Shown: positions 10,453 through 25,830 of the stretch, piece by piece
How positions within the stretch are numbered: the first letter of the stretch is position 1
Layout of the letters: each line of letters starts with the position of its first letter
NCBI RefSeq assembly: GCF_012562765.1
Contig: NZ_CP046226.1
Coordinates: 482,700-514,699, forward strand
Direction of reading: 5' to 3'
DNA: 32,000 nucleotides
Source: Candidatus Saccharimonadota bacterium
GTDB lineage: Bacteria > Pseudomonadota > Gammaproteobacteria > Enterobacterales > Enterobacteriaceae
The notes under the pieces: generated by a model
Told to the model about the DNA's origin: nothing
Seen by the model: only the letters and a program-made list of their open reading frames with translations
Database searches by the model: none
Position numbers and translations under genes: made by a program

Positions 10453-10599
10453 TTATTTTTTATTAGATACAGTTAAATAAAAACGACCTTTATTACGACG
10501 TCTATTTAAAATTTGACGTCCATTTTTTGTTGACATTCTAATTCTAAATCCATGAGTTTTTTTTCTTTTTAATATAGATGGTTGAAAAGTACGTTTCAT
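10453..10599 (-). CDS. rpmH: 50S ribosomal protein L34
   Basis: Not in the supplied ORF track because it is too short. Reverse-strand ATG at 10599 to TAA at 10455-10453 gives [48 protein letters not shown]. This is near-identical in pattern to E. coli L34 ([46 protein letters not shown]). Confidence 0.95.
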   Translation of the reverse strand: MKRTFQPSILKRKKTHGFRIRMSTKNGRQILNRRRNKGRFYLTVSNKK

Positions 10600-10826
10600 A
10601 ATAAAATTACCTAATTAAAATTATATTTCGTTTTATTATTACATAAATAATAATTTATTTATATAATTTAAATAAAATTTATTATTATAGTTTAAAATTA
10701 TTAATATTGATTAATATAATTAAAATGATGTATAATAACTTTATATTATCTAAAACAATTATTATAAATTTTTAAAATTATAAAATAATATTTAATATAA
10801 TTTTAAATAAAATTTTTTATATAAAA

Positions 10827-11945
10827 ATGAAATATCTTGTTATTAACAGAGAAAAATTAATTTTACCATTAAAAAATATAATAAGTATTATTCATAATAG
10901 ACCAATAATACCTATTATTAATAATATTTTAATAGAAGTTAACAATAATAATATTATATTTAAAAGTACTAATTTAGAAATAGAAATAACTACTATTTTA
11001 GAAAATATAGAAAATAAATATTGTTTTTCTATTACTATAGCAGGTAAAAAATTTTATAATATATGTAAAAGTTTCCCCATAAATTCTAATATAAACATAT
11101 TAATTAATGATAATAATCAAATAATAATTTCATTTAAAAAATGTAAATTTATTATGTCTACATTACCTTCTATAAATTTTCCAACTATTGAATATTGGGA
11201 AAGTAAATTAGAATTTTTTTTAACAAATAAAATATTAAAAATGCTAATAGATGCAACATATTTTTCAATAGCTAATCAAGATGTAAGACCATATTTAAAT
11301 GGAATATTATTAAAAATTAAAAATAATATATTAAATATGGTTTCTACTGATGGACATAGATTATCAGTTTGTAATATTGTAATAAACGAAATATTAATAA
11401 ATTATTCAGTTATAATTCCTAAAAAAAGTATATTAGAATTATTACGTTTATTAAAAAATACCAATGATATAATAAAAATTAAAATTAACAACAATAATAT
11501 TAGTTTTAATTTAAAAAATTTAAAATTTACATCAAAACTTATTGAAAGTTCCTTTCCAGAATACACAAAAATTATACCACAAATTTTTTATAAAATAATT
11601 AAAATAAATAGAATAAATCTTAAAAATGCTTTACTTAGTATTTCTATTTTAGTTGATGAAAGAATAAAAGGTGTAACATTAATATTTAATAAAAAATATT
11701 TAAGAATTTTAGGAAGGAATATTGATAACGAACAAGCAGAAGATGTTCTAAATATAGAAGAAAAATATAATAATACAAAAGATAATATAGAAATATCTTT
11801 AAATATTGAATATTTAATAGATGTATTAAATACATTAAAAAATAAATATATAAAAATTTCATTAATTGATTCAATTTCTAGTATAAAAATAGAAGATATT
11901 ATTGAAAACAATAAAATTTATTTAATTATGCCAATGAGGATTTAA
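10827..11945 (+). CDS. dnaN: DNA polymerase III beta sliding clamp
   Basis: 372-aa ORF collinear with E. coli DnaN. Matching stretches include RPIIPIINNILIEV, TNLEIEIT, STLPSINFP, QDVRPYLNGILL, STDGHRLSV, FTSKLIESSFPEY and the C-terminal YLIMPMRI. Confidence 0.95.
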   Translation: MKYLVINREKLILPLKNIISIIHNRPIIPIINNILIEVNNNNIIFKSTNLEIEITTILENIENKYCFSITIAGKKFYNICKSFPINSNINILINDNNQIIISFKKCKFIMSTLPSINFPTIEYWESKLEFFLTNKILKMLIDATYFSIANQDVRPYLNGILLKIKNNILNMVSTDGHRLSVCNIVINEILINYSVIIPKKSILELLRLLKNTNDIIKIKINNNNISFNLKNLKFTSKLIESSFPEYTKIIPQIFYKIIKINRINLKNALLSISILVDERIKGVTLIFNKKYLRILGRNIDNEQAEDVLNIEEKYNNTKDNIEISLNIEYLIDVLNTLKNKYIKISLIDSISSIKIEDIIENNKIYLIMPMRI

Positions 11946-11972
11946 TTATTTCCTTAATAATTTATATAATAA

Positions 11973-14426
<2,454 letters not shown>

Positions 14427-14485
14427 AATAAATAATTAAATATTAATAAAAAATATAATTTAAAATTATTTTTATTTTTTTATAA

Positions 14486-14525
14486 AATAGCAGAAACAGA
14501 TAATATGTAACTGCTATTAATTTTT
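14486..14525 (+). terminator. Candidate intrinsic terminator between convergent gyrB and rpoZ
   Basis: AATAGCAG (14486-14493) pairs perfectly with CTGCTATT (14511-14518), giving an 8-bp stem that contains G/C pairs. A possible extra ACA/TGT helix lies in the 17-nt loop. The stem is followed by AATTTTT (T5 at 14521-14525). It is the only G/C-containing hairpin in this spacer and lies 60 nt after the gyrB stop. Confidence 0.4.
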
Positions 14526-14555
14526 AATTGAATATTTATTTAATAAAATTATTTA

Positions 14556-14819
14556 TTAATATTTAATATTTATAGGTTTAATTTTTAAAGAATGAAATTC
14601 TTGATTTTCAAGTTGTTCATAATTATTTAAAATTTCTTTATTTATTAATCCTTGTTCAATTTCTCTTAATGCTAAAACTGTTGTTTTATCATTTTCTTTA
14701 GATAATAAAGGACTTTTACCTCTTATTTGTATTTGTCTTGCTCTTTTTGCAGCTATAAGAATTAAATCAAAACGATTACCAATTTTTTTTATTGCATTTT
14801 CTACAGTTAATCTAGCCAT
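14556..14819 (-). CDS. rpoZ: DNA-directed RNA polymerase omega subunit
   Basis: [48 protein letters not shown] aligns with E. coli Rpo[50 protein letters not shown] place the start at the internal ATG (14819), not at the 12-codon upstream extension in the ORF track. Confidence 0.93.
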   Translation of the reverse strand: MARLTVENAIKKIGNRFDLILIAAKRARQIQIRGKSPLLSKENDKTTVLALREIEQGLINKEILNNYEQLENQEFHSLKIKPINIKY

Positions 14820-14864
14820 TTTTAACCTATATATAAAAAATATAATATAAAACAAATGAAAAAT

Positions 14865-15491
14865 TTATTCTTTTAATAATTTTTTAATAAGTTTGTTATA
14901 TATATTAAATTGTATTTTTGTTTTTAAGTGTTCTGCATAAATAATATTTTTTAAATCAAAAATTGCATCATGAATATGATTATTAATAATTAAATAATCA
15001 TATTCATGAAAATGATATATTTCTTTTTTTGATTGTAACATACGTTGATTAATTATATCTATATGATCTTTTCCTCTAATATATAATCTTCTATGTAATT
15101 CATTTATTGATGGAGGTAATATAAATATACTACAAACTTGAGTTTTTTTTTTTCTAACTTGCATAGCTCCTTGCCAATCGATATTTAAAAAAACATCTAT
15201 ATTATTTTTTAAAAAATTATCAATATTTTTTTTAGAAGTACCGTAATAATTTCCAAAAACTTTTGCATATTCTAAAAATTCATTATTTATTATCATTTTT
15301 TTAAATTTTTTTTTTGATATAAAATAATAATCTTTACCATTTATTTCACCTATACGTTTCATTCTAGTTGTATAAGAAATTGATAATTTTATATTAAATT
15401 TTAAAATATTATTTTTTAATAATAATTGTAAAAGTAAAGATTTACCGGTACCACTAGGTGCTGAAATAATAAATAAGTTTCCTGTAGTCAT
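14865..15491 (-). CDS. gmk: Guanylate kinase
   Basis: 208-aa ORF with the P-loop SAPSGTGKSLL. Also carries SISYTTR, GKDYYFISK, FLEYAKVFGNYYGTS and DIDWQGA. It lies directly upstream of rpoZ, as in E. coli gmk-rpoZ. Confidence 0.94.
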   Translation of the reverse strand: MTTGNLFIISAPSGTGKSLLLQLLLKNNILKFNIKLSISYTTRMKRIGEINGKDYYFISKKKFKKMIINNEFLEYAKVFGNYYGTSKKNIDNFLKNNIDVFLNIDWQGAMQVRKKKTQVCSIFILPPSINELHRRLYIRGKDHIDIINQRMLQSKKEIYHFHEYDYLIINNHIHDAIFDLKNIIYAEHLKTKIQFNIYNKLIKKLLKE

Positions 15492-15573
15492 AATTCATTT
15501 AAATAAATATTAATATATAAAAATTATAATTTTTCTATAGAATATTATTTGTGAATAATATTAATTATACATA

Positions 15574-16917
15574 TTAAAATCCTGAAATTGTCATTTCAGA
15601 TATAAGAATAGATCCACATTGTATAGAATTTTTTTTTTCAATATCATTACTAATTTCTAAAATAGATAACCATATTTTTTTTAGGTTTGAAGATATTGTA
15701 ATTTCACTTACTGGAAATTTTATTTTTCCATTTTCAACCCAAAAACCACATACTCCACGAGAATAGTCTCCTGTAATACTATTAATTCCATCTGACATTA
15801 ATTCTGTTACAATTAATCCCTTATTCATTTTTTTTATTAAAGTATTATAATTTATATAATTTTTACTATTAATATACCAATTATATATTCCTCCAGCATG
15901 TCCATTATTTTCAATATTTAATTTATTTGCTGTATAATTATTTAATAACCATTTTTTTAATATCCCATTTTTTACTATCATTGTTTTTTTTGTACGTACT
16001 CCTTCATTATCAAATGGTCTAGATCCTAAACCTTTTAAAACATGAGGATCTTCTATAATATTTAACCATTCTGGAAAAATCATTTTATTTAATGAATTAA
16101 ATAAAAATGTTAGTTTTTGATAAATATGATATCCATTAATTAATTCAGCTAAATGTTTAAATAAAGAAAATGCTATTTCACTTGAAAAAATTATTGGAGA
16201 TTTTTGAGTTTTTATTTTACAAGATCCTAATTTATTTAATGATTTTTGTGCACTATCTTTACCTAATTTTTCAGCAGGATATAAATCTATAATAGATCTT
16301 GAGATAGAATATGAATAATTACATTCCATTTTATTATTTTCTTTAGCTATAACAGAAAGATATAACGAATAATATGTAGAAATATAACTCTGTAATATTC
16401 CTAAACTATTTGCAAATATATGAATCACTGCAAAACTATTAAAATCACCTCCATTACTAGTAATAATACGTTTATCCATATTTAATGCAATTTCTTCACT
16501 TTCTTTAAGTAAAAGAATACATTTTGTTTTATTTATTTTAGAAATATGAAAAAGATTTAAATCAATATTATCTGATATTAATAATTTATATTTAGGCAAT
16601 CCTAAACATATATCATATGACGTATAATTACTTAAATTTACTGCGTAATTTATTGTATTTTTTATATTATTTATAGATAAATTATTAGTTTCAGCATAAC
16701 CTTTTTGATAATTTTTATATACATTAATAAAAAATGATTCATTTTTATAAAATTCTGATATTTTTATCATACCATAACGAATATGAGTATTAAAACCAAT
16801 TATTTTTTTAATTGTTATTTCAAAATTTTTAATTTCTTTTTTAGCTAATATTGTAAAATCTAACATTTTAGATTCTAAAATATTACGTTCTTCTATAATT
16901 GTAGAAAATATTTCCAT
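15574..16917 (-). CDS. pmbA: Metalloprotease PmbA/TldE (TldD/PmbA family)
   Basis: 447-aa ORF of the same length class as E. coli PmbA (450 aa). The C-terminal half carries family-typical motifs (GSRPFDNEGV, GHAGG, GLIVTELMSDGINSITGDYSRGVCGFWVENGKI..PVSEITISSNL) and ends in ..MTISGF. Confidence 0.85.
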   Translation of the reverse strand: MEIFSTIIEERNILESKMLDFTILAKKEIKNFEITIKKIIGFNTHIRYGMIKISEFYKNESFFINVYKNYQKGYAETNNLSINNIKNTINYAVNLSNYTSYDICLGLPKYKLLISDNIDLNLFHISKINKTKCILLLKESEEIALNMDKRIITSNGGDFNSFAVIHIFANSLGILQSYISTYYSLYLSVIAKENNKMECNYSYSISRSIIDLYPAEKLGKDSAQKSLNKLGSCKIKTQKSPIIFSSEIAFSLFKHLAELINGYHIYQKLTFLFNSLNKMIFPEWLNIIEDPHVLKGLGSRPFDNEGVRTKKTMIVKNGILKKWLLNNYTANKLNIENNGHAGGIYNWYINSKNYINYNTLIKKMNKGLIVTELMSDGINSITGDYSRGVCGFWVENGKIKFPVSEITISSNLKKIWLSILEISNDIEKKNSIQCGSILISEMTISGF

Positions 16918-16966
16918 TTGTTTTTTTTCTATTTATATTTTAATATTATTAATTATATATTACTCT

Positions 16967-16996
16967 TTGACATATTTAATAAATTTTTGTTATTAT
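16967..16996 (+). promoter_or_regulatory. Candidate sigma70 promoter for ppa
   Basis: A perfect -35 TTGACA lies at 16967-16972, rare in this composition. An 18-nt spacer ending in TGT follows, then TATTAT at 16991-16996 (5/6 to TATAAT, with an extended -10-like TGn). The ppa ATG lies 38 nt downstream. -10-like hexamers are ubiquitous at this A+T content, so the call is only suggestive. Confidence 0.35.
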
Positions 16997-17033
16997 TTAA
17001 TAATTCATTATTTTATGATTTAAAAAATATATT

Positions 17034-17570
17034 ATGAACTTAAATAAAGTGTCTTCTGGTAATAAAGTACCAGATGATATTAATGTTATTATTGAAATAT
17101 CTTCTAATTCAAAACCAATAAAATATGAAGTAGATAAAAAATCAGGAATATTATTTGTTAATCGTTTTATTTCTACAACAATGTTTTATCCTTGTAATTA
17201 TGGTTATATAAATAATACGTTATCTTTAGATGGTGATCCTTTAGATGTATTAGTACCTACTCAATATCCTATTTTACCTGGATCTGTGATTAGATGTCGT
17301 CCTATTGGTATATTAAATATGACAGATGAATCTGGAGAAGATATTAAAATAATAGCTGTTCCACATAAAAAAATTTCTCAAGAATATAATAATATTAATG
17401 ATATTAATGATTTATCTATTTTTTTAAAAAAACAAATAACTCATTTTTTTAAACATTATAAAGATTTAGAAGATGGAAAATGGGTTAAAATTGATAAATG
17501 GTATAATATAGATATTGCTAAAAAAGAAATTTTATTTTCTATTAGTAGATTTAAAAAAAAATATTTATAA
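17034..17570 (+). CDS. ppa: Inorganic pyrophosphatase
   Basis: 178-aa ORF with a very close full-length match to E. coli Ppa. Matching stretches include [79 protein letters not shown] and [17 protein letters not shown]. Confidence 0.97.
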   Translation: MNLNKVSSGNKVPDDINVIIEISSNSKPIKYEVDKKSGILFVNRFISTTMFYPCNYGYINNTLSLDGDPLDVLVPTQYPILPGSVIRCRPIGILNMTDESGEDIKIIAVPHKKISQEYNNINDINDLSIFLKKQITHFFKHYKDLEDGKWVKIDKWYNIDIAKKEILFSISRFKKKYL

Positions 17571-17646
17571 ATTTTTAAGTATTTATTTATATATTTATTT
17601 TTTAAAAAATATTTATTTATAATATTTTAAGTAACTGAATAATTTT

Positions 17647-17692
17647 ATAATAATTAAATAATATTTATATATAAATATTATTTAATTATTAT
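17647..17692. repeat. 46-bp perfect A/T-only palindrome (23-bp arms, no spacer)
   Basis: ATAATAATTAAATAATATTTATA|TATAAATATTATTTAATTATTAT. Every position i from 17647 to 17669 is complementary to position 35339-i, checked base by base. The first mismatch is 17646/17693. It lies 77 bp after the ppa stop, in the 282-bp ppa-pyrG spacer. Confidence 0.9.
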
Positions 17693-17852
17693 TAATTTTA
17701 TTTATAAAAAATATTAAATACTATTAATTTTTTAAAATAAAAAAAATTTTATAGAATTAATATAATTTAAATTTAATTAAAATTTTTTTTAAATTTAATT
17801 TTATTAGTTATAAATATTATTTATTTTAAATGCTAAAATTCTTGGAATAAGA

Positions 17853-19479
<1,627 letters not shown>

Positions 19480-19491
19480 ATAGGATAAAAA

Positions 19492-20775
19492 ATGTCTAAA
19501 ATAAAAAAAATTATTGGTAGAGAAATAATAGACTCTAGAGGTAATCCAACTGTTGAAGCAGAAGTACAATTAAATAATGGATCTATTGGTATAGCTTCTG
19601 TTCCATCTGGAGCTTCAATTGGTTCAAAAGAAGCAGTAGAATTACGTGATAACGATAAAAATCGTTTTTTAGGTAAAGGTGTTTTAAAAGCTATTAATTC
19701 AATTAATAAATATATAAATAAAATTTTAATAAATCAAGATTCTTTAGATCAAATTAATATTGATAATCTTATGATTAATTTAGATGGTACAGAAAAAAAA
19801 TCTATTCTTGGAGCAAATGCTATTTTAGCTGTATCATTAGCAAACGCTAGAGCAGCTTCTATTTTTAAAAAAATTCCTTTATATCAATATATATCTGATA
19901 TAAATGGAACATCTAATGATTTTACAATGCCATTACCAATGATTAATATTATTAATGGAGGAAAACATGCAGATAATAATCTTGATATTCAAGAATTTAT
20001 GATACAACCTGTTTGTGCAAAAAATATAAAAGAAGCAATTCAAATTGGATCAGAAATTTTTCATCATTTATATAAAGTATTAAAATCTTATAAATTAATT
20101 ACTTCTGTAGGAGATGAAGGTGGTTTTGCACCAAATTTAAATAAAAATAGTGATGCATTTGATATTATTTCTGAAGCTATAAAAAATTCTGGATTTATTT
20201 TAGGAAAAGATATTACTTTTGCTATTGATTGTGCTGCTTCTGAATTATTTCATAATAAAAAATATTATTTAAAAGGTGAAGGATTAATTTTAAATTATAA
20301 AGAATTAACTAAATTTTTTTCTAATTTAATAAAAAAATATCCTATTATTTCTATAGAAGATGGATTAGATGAATCTGACTGGGAAGGATTTGCTTACCAA
20401 ACAGAAAAATTAGGAAATAAAATTCAATTAGTTGGTGATGATTTATTTGTAACTAATAAAAAACTTCTAAAAAAAGGTATAAATCTTGGTATAGCTAATG
20501 CTATTTTAATAAAACTTAATCAAATAGGTTCTTTATCAGAAACATTATCTACTATTAAAATAGCAAAAGAAAAAGGATATAAAGTAATAATATCTCACCG
20601 TTCTGGAGAAACAGAAGATACTTTTATTGCAGATTTATCTGTAGGTGTTAATGCTGGACAAATAAAAACAGGATCAATGAGTCGTTCAGAAAGAACAGCA
20701 AAATATAATCAATTAATAAGAATAGAAGAAAAATTAAATGGTTTAGCTCCTTTAGCTTCTTTTAAATATATATAA
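19492..20775 (+). CDS. eno: Enolase
   Basis: 427-aa [113 protein letters not shown] and [20 protein letters not shown] are all collinear with E. coli Eno. An AGGA ribosome-binding site lies upstream. Confidence 0.97.
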   Translation: MSKIKKIIGREIIDSRGNPTVEAEVQLNNGSIGIASVPSGASIGSKEAVELRDNDKNRFLGKGVLKAINSINKYINKILINQDSLDQINIDNLMINLDGTEKKSILGANAILAVSLANARAASIFKKIPLYQYISDINGTSNDFTMPLPMINIINGGKHADNNLDIQEFMIQPVCAKNIKEAIQIGSEIFHHLYKVLKSYKLITSVGDEGGFAPNLNKNSDAFDIISEAIKNSGFILGKDITFAIDCAASELFHNKKYYLKGEGLILNYKELTKFFSNLIKKYPIISIEDGLDESDWEGFAYQTEKLGNKIQLVGDDLFVTNKKLLKKGINLGIANAILIKLNQIGSLSETLSTIKIAKEKGYKVIISHRSGETEDTFIADLSVGVNAGQIKTGSMSRSERTAKYNQLIRIEEKLNGLAPLASFKYI

Positions 20776-20871
20776 TTTTATTAATAAAAATTTATATATT
20801 TTATTTTTAATAATTATATTTTATTTTATATATCATATACTAAATATAATAATAAATTATTATTTGTTAAT

Positions 20872-22587
20872 ATGACACAATATAAAGAAAAAAAATTAAT
20901 AAAATGGTTGAAAAAACAAAGTATATTTACAAGTAAATTATTAAAATTTTCATTTTTATTAAATATTTTAAATACAAGTATAATAATTTTACAAAATTGG
21001 ATTTTAGCAATTCAAGTTCAATATTTATTTTTTCAAGAAAATAAAAAAAAAATATTTTATTATTGTATAATAATATTTTTATGTTTTATAGCTAGATCAT
21101 TATTAAATATTATAATTAATAATATTAATTATGATTATAGTCAATTAGTAAAAAATTATATTAGAAAAAAAATTTTAGATAAATTTGAAAAAATTTATAT
21201 AGTGAATATAAAAAATAAAACATTAGGTAGTATATTATCACTTATAATAGATCAAACTGAAAATTTACAAGATTTTTATAGTAAATATATTCCTCAATTA
21301 TTAGTATCAATTGTATCTCCTATAATAATATTAGTAACAATATCATTTATTAGTTGGCTTGCAAGTTTATTATTAATAATAATTAGTATATTTACTATGT
21401 TATTTATTATAATAATTGGTAGTCAAACAATTAAAAAAAGTAAAAAAAATTTTAAAATATTATCTATATTAAATGGTTTATTTTTAGATAGATTATTAGG
21501 TATAGAAACAATACGTTTATTTAATTTAAGTAAAATAGAAATTCATAAAATTACTATTTATATTAAAAAATTTAGAAAAAAAAATATGGAAATTTTAAAA
21601 ATTGCTTTTTTAACATCTGCTGTTTTAGAATTTTTTTCTTCTATTGCATTAGCTTCCATTTCTATTTATTTTAGTTTTTCATATTTAAATATTATTAATT
21701 TAGGTTTTTATGGAAATAAAATAAAAATATTTAATGGTTTTTTTGTATTAATTTTAATTTCTGAATATTTTCAATATTTTATTAATTTAGGATTACTTTA
21801 TCATATTAAATCTAAATCTATAGGAGCAGCAGATTTAATTTTACAATTTTTAACAAATCATCCTAAAAAAAAATATTTAAAAATAAATAATTTATCTTTT
21901 GATGAAAATAATATTATAATTATAGCTAAAAATTTAATAGTAAAAAGTTTAGAAGGAGATATATTAATAGGACCACTTTCATTTAAAATTTTTAATGGAG
22001 AACATATAGCAGTAATAGGTCCTAGTGGTTGTGGTAAAAGTACATTATTTAATGTTTTTTTAGGATTTTTACCATATAATGGATCATTAAAAATTAATAA
22101 TATTGAACTTAAAAATATAAATTTAAATGATTGGTATAAAAAAATATCTTGGGTTGGACAAAATTCTGGTCTTCCTTCAAAAACAATAAGAGAAAATTTA
22201 TTTTTTAATAAAGATATTAATATAAAAAAAATACAAAATATTATTAAAATTACAGGTATACAAAAATTTTTAAAAGATTTTCCTAATGGTTTAGATACAA
22301 TTATTAGTGAACAAAATATTAAATTATCAGTAGGACAAATACAAAGAATAATTATAGCAAGAGCATTAATTAAAAACCATATTTTATTATTATTAGATGA
22401 ACCTACTGCACATATTGATATGAATAGTGAAAAAGATATTATTAATTCTTTATATAATTTTCAATATACAAAAACAATTTTAATGATAACACATAAATTA
22501 TATCAAATTGATTTTTGTCATCAAATATGGAAAATGGATAATGGAAAAATCATAGAAAAAATAAAATATAATAAAATTATTAAATAA
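20872..22587 (+). CDS. cydD: Cysteine/glutathione ABC exporter subunit required for cytochrome bd assembly
   Basis: 571-aa fused TMD-NBD protein. The N-terminus KKLIKWLKKQS matches E. coli CydD KELTRWLKQQS. Also carries LDRLLGIETIRLF, MEILKIAFLTSAVLEFF and YHIKSKSIGAADL. Walker A is GPSGCGKST, the signature is LSVGQIQRIIIARAL and Walker B is LLLLDEPTAHID. Confidence 0.9.
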   Translation: MTQYKEKKLIKWLKKQSIFTSKLLKFSFLLNILNTSIIILQNWILAIQVQYLFFQENKKKIFYYCIIIFLCFIARSLLNIIINNINYDYSQLVKNYIRKKILDKFEKIYIVNIKNKTLGSILSLIIDQTENLQDFYSKYIPQLLVSIVSPIIILVTISFISWLASLLLIIISIFTMLFIIIIGSQTIKKSKKNFKILSILNGLFLDRLLGIETIRLFNLSKIEIHKITIYIKKFRKKNMEILKIAFLTSAVLEFFSSIALASISIYFSFSYLNIINLGFYGNKIKIFNGFFVLILISEYFQYFINLGLLYHIKSKSIGAADLILQFLTNHPKKKYLKINNLSFDENNIIIIAKNLIVKSLEGDILIGPLSFKIFNGEHIAVIGPSGCGKSTLFNVFLGFLPYNGSLKINNIELKNINLNDWYKKISWVGQNSGLPSKTIRENLFFNKDINIKKIQNIIKITGIQKFLKDFPNGLDTIISEQNIKLSVGQIQRIIIARALIKNHILLLLDEPTAHIDMNSEKDIINSLYNFQYTKTILMITHKLYQIDFCHQIWKMDNGKIIEKIKYNKIIK

Positions 22588-22622
22588 AAAATTTAAATAT
22601 GTAAAATAGGAGTAATAATTAA

Positions 22623-24386
22623 GTGTTATGCTTATTATATTTTTTAAAAAATTATAAAAAATATATAAAAATTCTTTTTTTTGGTATAATAATAACAATT
22701 ATTACTAATTTAATGACTATTTTTTTATCAGTTATATCTGGTTGGTTATTAACTTCTACTTTTTTCTTTACGCTTACTAATATTAGTTATAATTATATAG
22801 TTCCTTCAGCTATTATTAGATTAATTTCAATTATAAAAACTTTTACAAAATATTTTGAAAAAATTATAAAACATGATAATACTTTACGTTTATTAAAAAA
22901 TTTAAGAATTATTATTCTCCGTAAAATTTTTCCTTTATATCCTTCTAATTTTAAATATTTAAATAATAGTAATATATTAAATACATTAATTTCAGATATT
23001 GAAATTTTAGATTATTTATATATACAGATTATATCTCCTATTATTAGTTTATTTATAACTACTATTATTCTATTAATTAATTTAAGTTTTTTTTGTTTTA
23101 TATTATCTATTATACTTTTTTTAATTTTATTTTTTTCATTATTATTATATACAATATATTTTTATAATTTAAGTAAACCAATAGGAAAAAATAATATTTA
23201 TTTTAGAAATGAATATTATTTTTATATGAGTAATTATTTATATTATCAAACAGAATATAGAATATTTGAAGGTATAAATATAATTAGAAAAAAAATTAAT
23301 TTTTTAGAAATACAATGGCAAAAAATACAATATAAAAAAAATAATTATAATTCACAATCACAATCAATAATAATTATTATTAATGGAATTAATATATTAA
23401 TTTTATTAATATATAGTAATTTATATTTATTTAATAATTTTAATTCTAAGTTTTATTTTTTATCTTTTTTACTTTGTTTAATTACATTATCTAATATGTT
23501 ATTACCTATAGGTAATATTTTTCATAATATTAGTGAAATATTATTGTCAGCTAAAAAAATTTTTATGATTATACATCAAAAACCAACTATAAATTTTTTA
23601 AAAATAAATAAATGTTTAAAAAAATATAATAATAATATTATTATAAATATAAAAAATATTTCTTTTCATTATCCTCAACAACCTTTATTAATTTTAAAAA
23701 ATTTATCTTTATTTATAAATAATAATGAAAAAATAGCTATTACTGGACATAATGGTTGTGGTAAATCAACATTATTAATGTTATTAACAAGAGCTTGGGA
23801 TCCTACTAAAGGAATAATTTATTTAAATAATATTAATTTAAAATTATGGAATTTACCTTCTTTAAGAAAAAATATAAGTGTAATAAATCAACGTGTCTAT
23901 TTATTTAGTGATACATTAAAAAATAATTTGTTATTAGATAAACAAAATGATTGTAATATCGATTATAAATATTTAATAAAAATTATAAATCTTGTAGGAT
24001 TAAATAAATTAATTAATAATAGTCAAGGTTTAGAATTATGGATGGGAGAAGGAGGAAGAAGTTTATCAGGTGGAGAATTAAAAAGATTAGCTATTGCAAG
24101 AGCAATATTACATAATGGAAATTTAATATTATTAGATGAACCAACAGAAGGTTTAGATCATATTACGTCTTATAATATTTTAAAATTAATATTTTCTATA
24201 TTTAAAAAAAAAACAATAATAATTATTACTCACAACATTAATATTATAAAAAAAATGGATTGTATATATTTTATGGATAATGGTTATTTTGTTGAAAAAG
24301 GACATCATAATTATTTAGTAAATAAAAAAGGTAAATATTGGAATTATATAAAAAATAATATAGAAAATAATAAAGATGGTATTTAA
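22623..24386 (+). CDS. cydC: Cysteine/glutathione ABC exporter subunit required for cytochrome bd assembly
   Basis: 587-aa fused TMD-NBD protein with a GTG start aligning with Met1 of E. coli CydC ([14 protein letters not shown] vs MRALLPYLALYKRH). Also carries [37 protein letters not shown] and [12 protein letters not shown]. It lies directly downstream of cydD. Confidence 0.9.
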   Translation: MLCLLYFLKNYKKYIKILFFGIIITIITNLMTIFLSVISGWLLTSTFFFTLTNISYNYIVPSAIIRLISIIKTFTKYFEKIIKHDNTLRLLKNLRIIILRKIFPLYPSNFKYLNNSNILNTLISDIEILDYLYIQIISPIISLFITTIILLINLSFFCFILSIILFLILFFSLLLYTIYFYNLSKPIGKNNIYFRNEYYFYMSNYLYYQTEYRIFEGINIIRKKINFLEIQWQKIQYKKNNYNSQSQSIIIIINGINILILLIYSNLYLFNNFNSKFYFLSFLLCLITLSNMLLPIGNIFHNISEILLSAKKIFMIIHQKPTINFLKINKCLKKYNNNIIINIKNISFHYPQQPLLILKNLSLFINNNEKIAITGHNGCGKSTLLMLLTRAWDPTKGIIYLNNINLKLWNLPSLRKNISVINQRVYLFSDTLKNNLLLDKQNDCNIDYKYLIKIINLVGLNKLINNSQGLELWMGEGGRSLSGGELKRLAIARAILHNGNLILLDEPTEGLDHITSYNILKLIFSIFKKKTIIIITHNINIIKKMDCIYFMDNGYFVEKGHHNYLVNKKGKYWNYIKNNIENNKDGI

Positions 24387-24418
24387 ATATTATTATAAAT
24401 AATAAAGGAAACGCATTA

Positions 24419-24637
24419 ATGTCGAAATCAGATAATATAGAAATGCAAGGAATAGTTTTAAATACATTACCTAATACTGTATTTCATGTAAAATTAGATA
24501 ATGGACATATAGTTACTGCTCATATTTCAGGAAAAATGAGAAAAAATTATATTAGAATACTTACAGGAGATAAAGTTACTGTAGAATTAACACCTTACGA
24601 TTTAAGTAAAGGAAGAATAATTTTTCGTAGTCGCTAA
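24419..24637 (+). CDS. infA: Translation initiation factor IF-1
   Basis: 72 aa. [72 protein letters not shown] is nearly identical to E. coli IF-1. An AAAGGAA ribosome-binding site lies upstream. Confidence 0.98.
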   Translation: MSKSDNIEMQGIVLNTLPNTVFHVKLDNGHIVTAHISGKMRKNYIRILTGDKVTVELTPYDLSKGRIIFRSR

Positions 24638-24690
24638 TATTTAGTATATATTTAAAAATATTTAAATTTTAAAATAGGAAATTATAATAT

Positions 24691-25656
24691 TTAAAAATTT
24701 TTCCTTAAATAATTTTGAGCATCTACAGCTGCCATACAACCAGTAGCTGCTGATGTAATAGCTTGTCTATAAACATTATCCATAACATCACCTGCAGCAA
24801 AAATACCTGAAATACTAGTTTGTGTAAAATTAAATTTATTTTTGGATATATGATTAGTAATAATATATCCATTATTATCTAATTTTAATAAATTTTTAAA
24901 CAAATTAGTATTTGGTATAGTTCCTATAGAAATAAAAATACCATATAAATTTATTATTTTATAATTTTCTATATTTGTAGAAGAAAAAATTTTTATTCCT
25001 GTTACTCCAAACTGATTACCTAATATCTCTTTTACTATATAAGGATTATGTAAAATAATATTATTATTTTTTACTTTATCTAATAGTTTATTAATTAATA
25101 TTTTTTCAGCACTAAAATAAGATTTTCGATGTATTAAATGAACTTCTGAAGCAATATTAGATAAATATAAAGCTTCTTCTATAGCAGTATTACCACCACC
25201 GATTACAGCAATTTTTCTATTATAATAGAATGATCCATCACAAATAGCACAAGAAGAAATACCTTTTCCTATAAATTTTTTTTCTGAATCTAAACCCAAA
25301 AATTTTGGTACTGCTCCTGTAGCAATAATTAAACTATCACATGTATATTTAAAAAAATTTCCCGTTAAAAAAAAAGGCTTTTGTTTTAAATCTACCTTTA
25401 ATATATAATCATTTATTATATTTGTTTTAAAATATAATGCATGATTATGTAAATTATCCATTAATTTATTACCAGATATATTAGGAAAATTTCCAGGCCA
25501 ATTTTCTACATTTGTAGTTTTAGTTAATTGTCCACCTATATCTATTCCTGTTATTAAAATTGGATTTAAATTTGCTCTTGCAGAATATATAGCTGCAGTA
25601 TATCCTGCTGGTCCAGAACCTAAAATTAAAAGTTTTGTATGTTGTATATTATTCAT
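24691..25656 (-). CDS. trxB: Thioredoxin reductase
   Basis: 321-aa ORF with the FAD site [15 protein letters not shown] and the redox-active pair CAIC (E. coli CATC). The NADPH site is [27 protein letters not shown]. Also carries [26 protein letters not shown]. Collinear with E. coli TrxB. Confidence 0.96.
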   Translation of the reverse strand: MNNIQHTKLLILGSGPAGYTAAIYSARANLNPILITGIDIGGQLTKTTNVENWPGNFPNISGNKLMDNLHNHALYFKTNIINDYILKVDLKQKPFFLTGNFFKYTCDSLIIATGAVPKFLGLDSEKKFIGKGISSCAICDGSFYYNRKIAVIGGGNTAIEEALYLSNIASEVHLIHRKSYFSAEKILINKLLDKVKNNNIILHNPYIVKEILGNQFGVTGIKIFSSTNIENYKIINLYGIFISIGTIPNTNLFKNLLKLDNNGYIITNHISKNKFNFTQTSISGIFAAGDVMDNVYRQAITSAATGCMAAVDAQNYLRKNF

Positions 25657-25830
25657 AAATATTTTTATTAAATTTCATCCAAAGTTATTTTAAAATTTTT
25701 TTATTCATTATAAACTAATTATATTAATAATATATTTTTTAATATAAAATATTAATAATTAATTTTATATAAATAATCCATTATTATCATAAAACATGAA
25801 AATAAAAAATATATAAGGTATTAAAATATT

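Noticed and set aside
10600-10826. Possible dnaA remnant or DnaA-box cluster (oriC-like element) in the rpmH-dnaN spacer
   Set aside because: There is no frame with any DnaA-like stretch and no TGTGG or CCACA core present. The spacer contains only a handful of G/C bases. It most likely holds the divergent promoters only.
11588-11911. 107-aa and nested 62-aa (11686-11874) ORFs antisense to dnaN
   Set aside because: Both lie within the well-supported dnaN CDS. Their translations are low-complexity and hydrophobic, typical of antisense reading of A/T-rich genes.
14820-14855. 12-codon N-terminal extension of rpoZ ([12 protein letters not shown]) given by the ORF track
   Set aside because: The E. 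coli omega subunit begins MARVTV, and the internal ATG at 14819 gives MARLTV. The extension is hydrophobic junk and would nearly abut gmk.
17767-17800. 12-bp direct repeat TTAAATTTAATT (17767-17778 and 17789-17800) upstream of pyrG
   Set aside because: It is a short, pure A/T, low-complexity word. It is expected by chance in a spacer that is nearly 100 percent A/T.
22498-22698. 66-aa ORF on the minus strand spanning the cydD-cydC junction
   Set aside because: It overlaps the 3' end of cydD and the 5' end of cydC. It is a low-complexity Phe/Tyr/Ile/Asn string with no motif.
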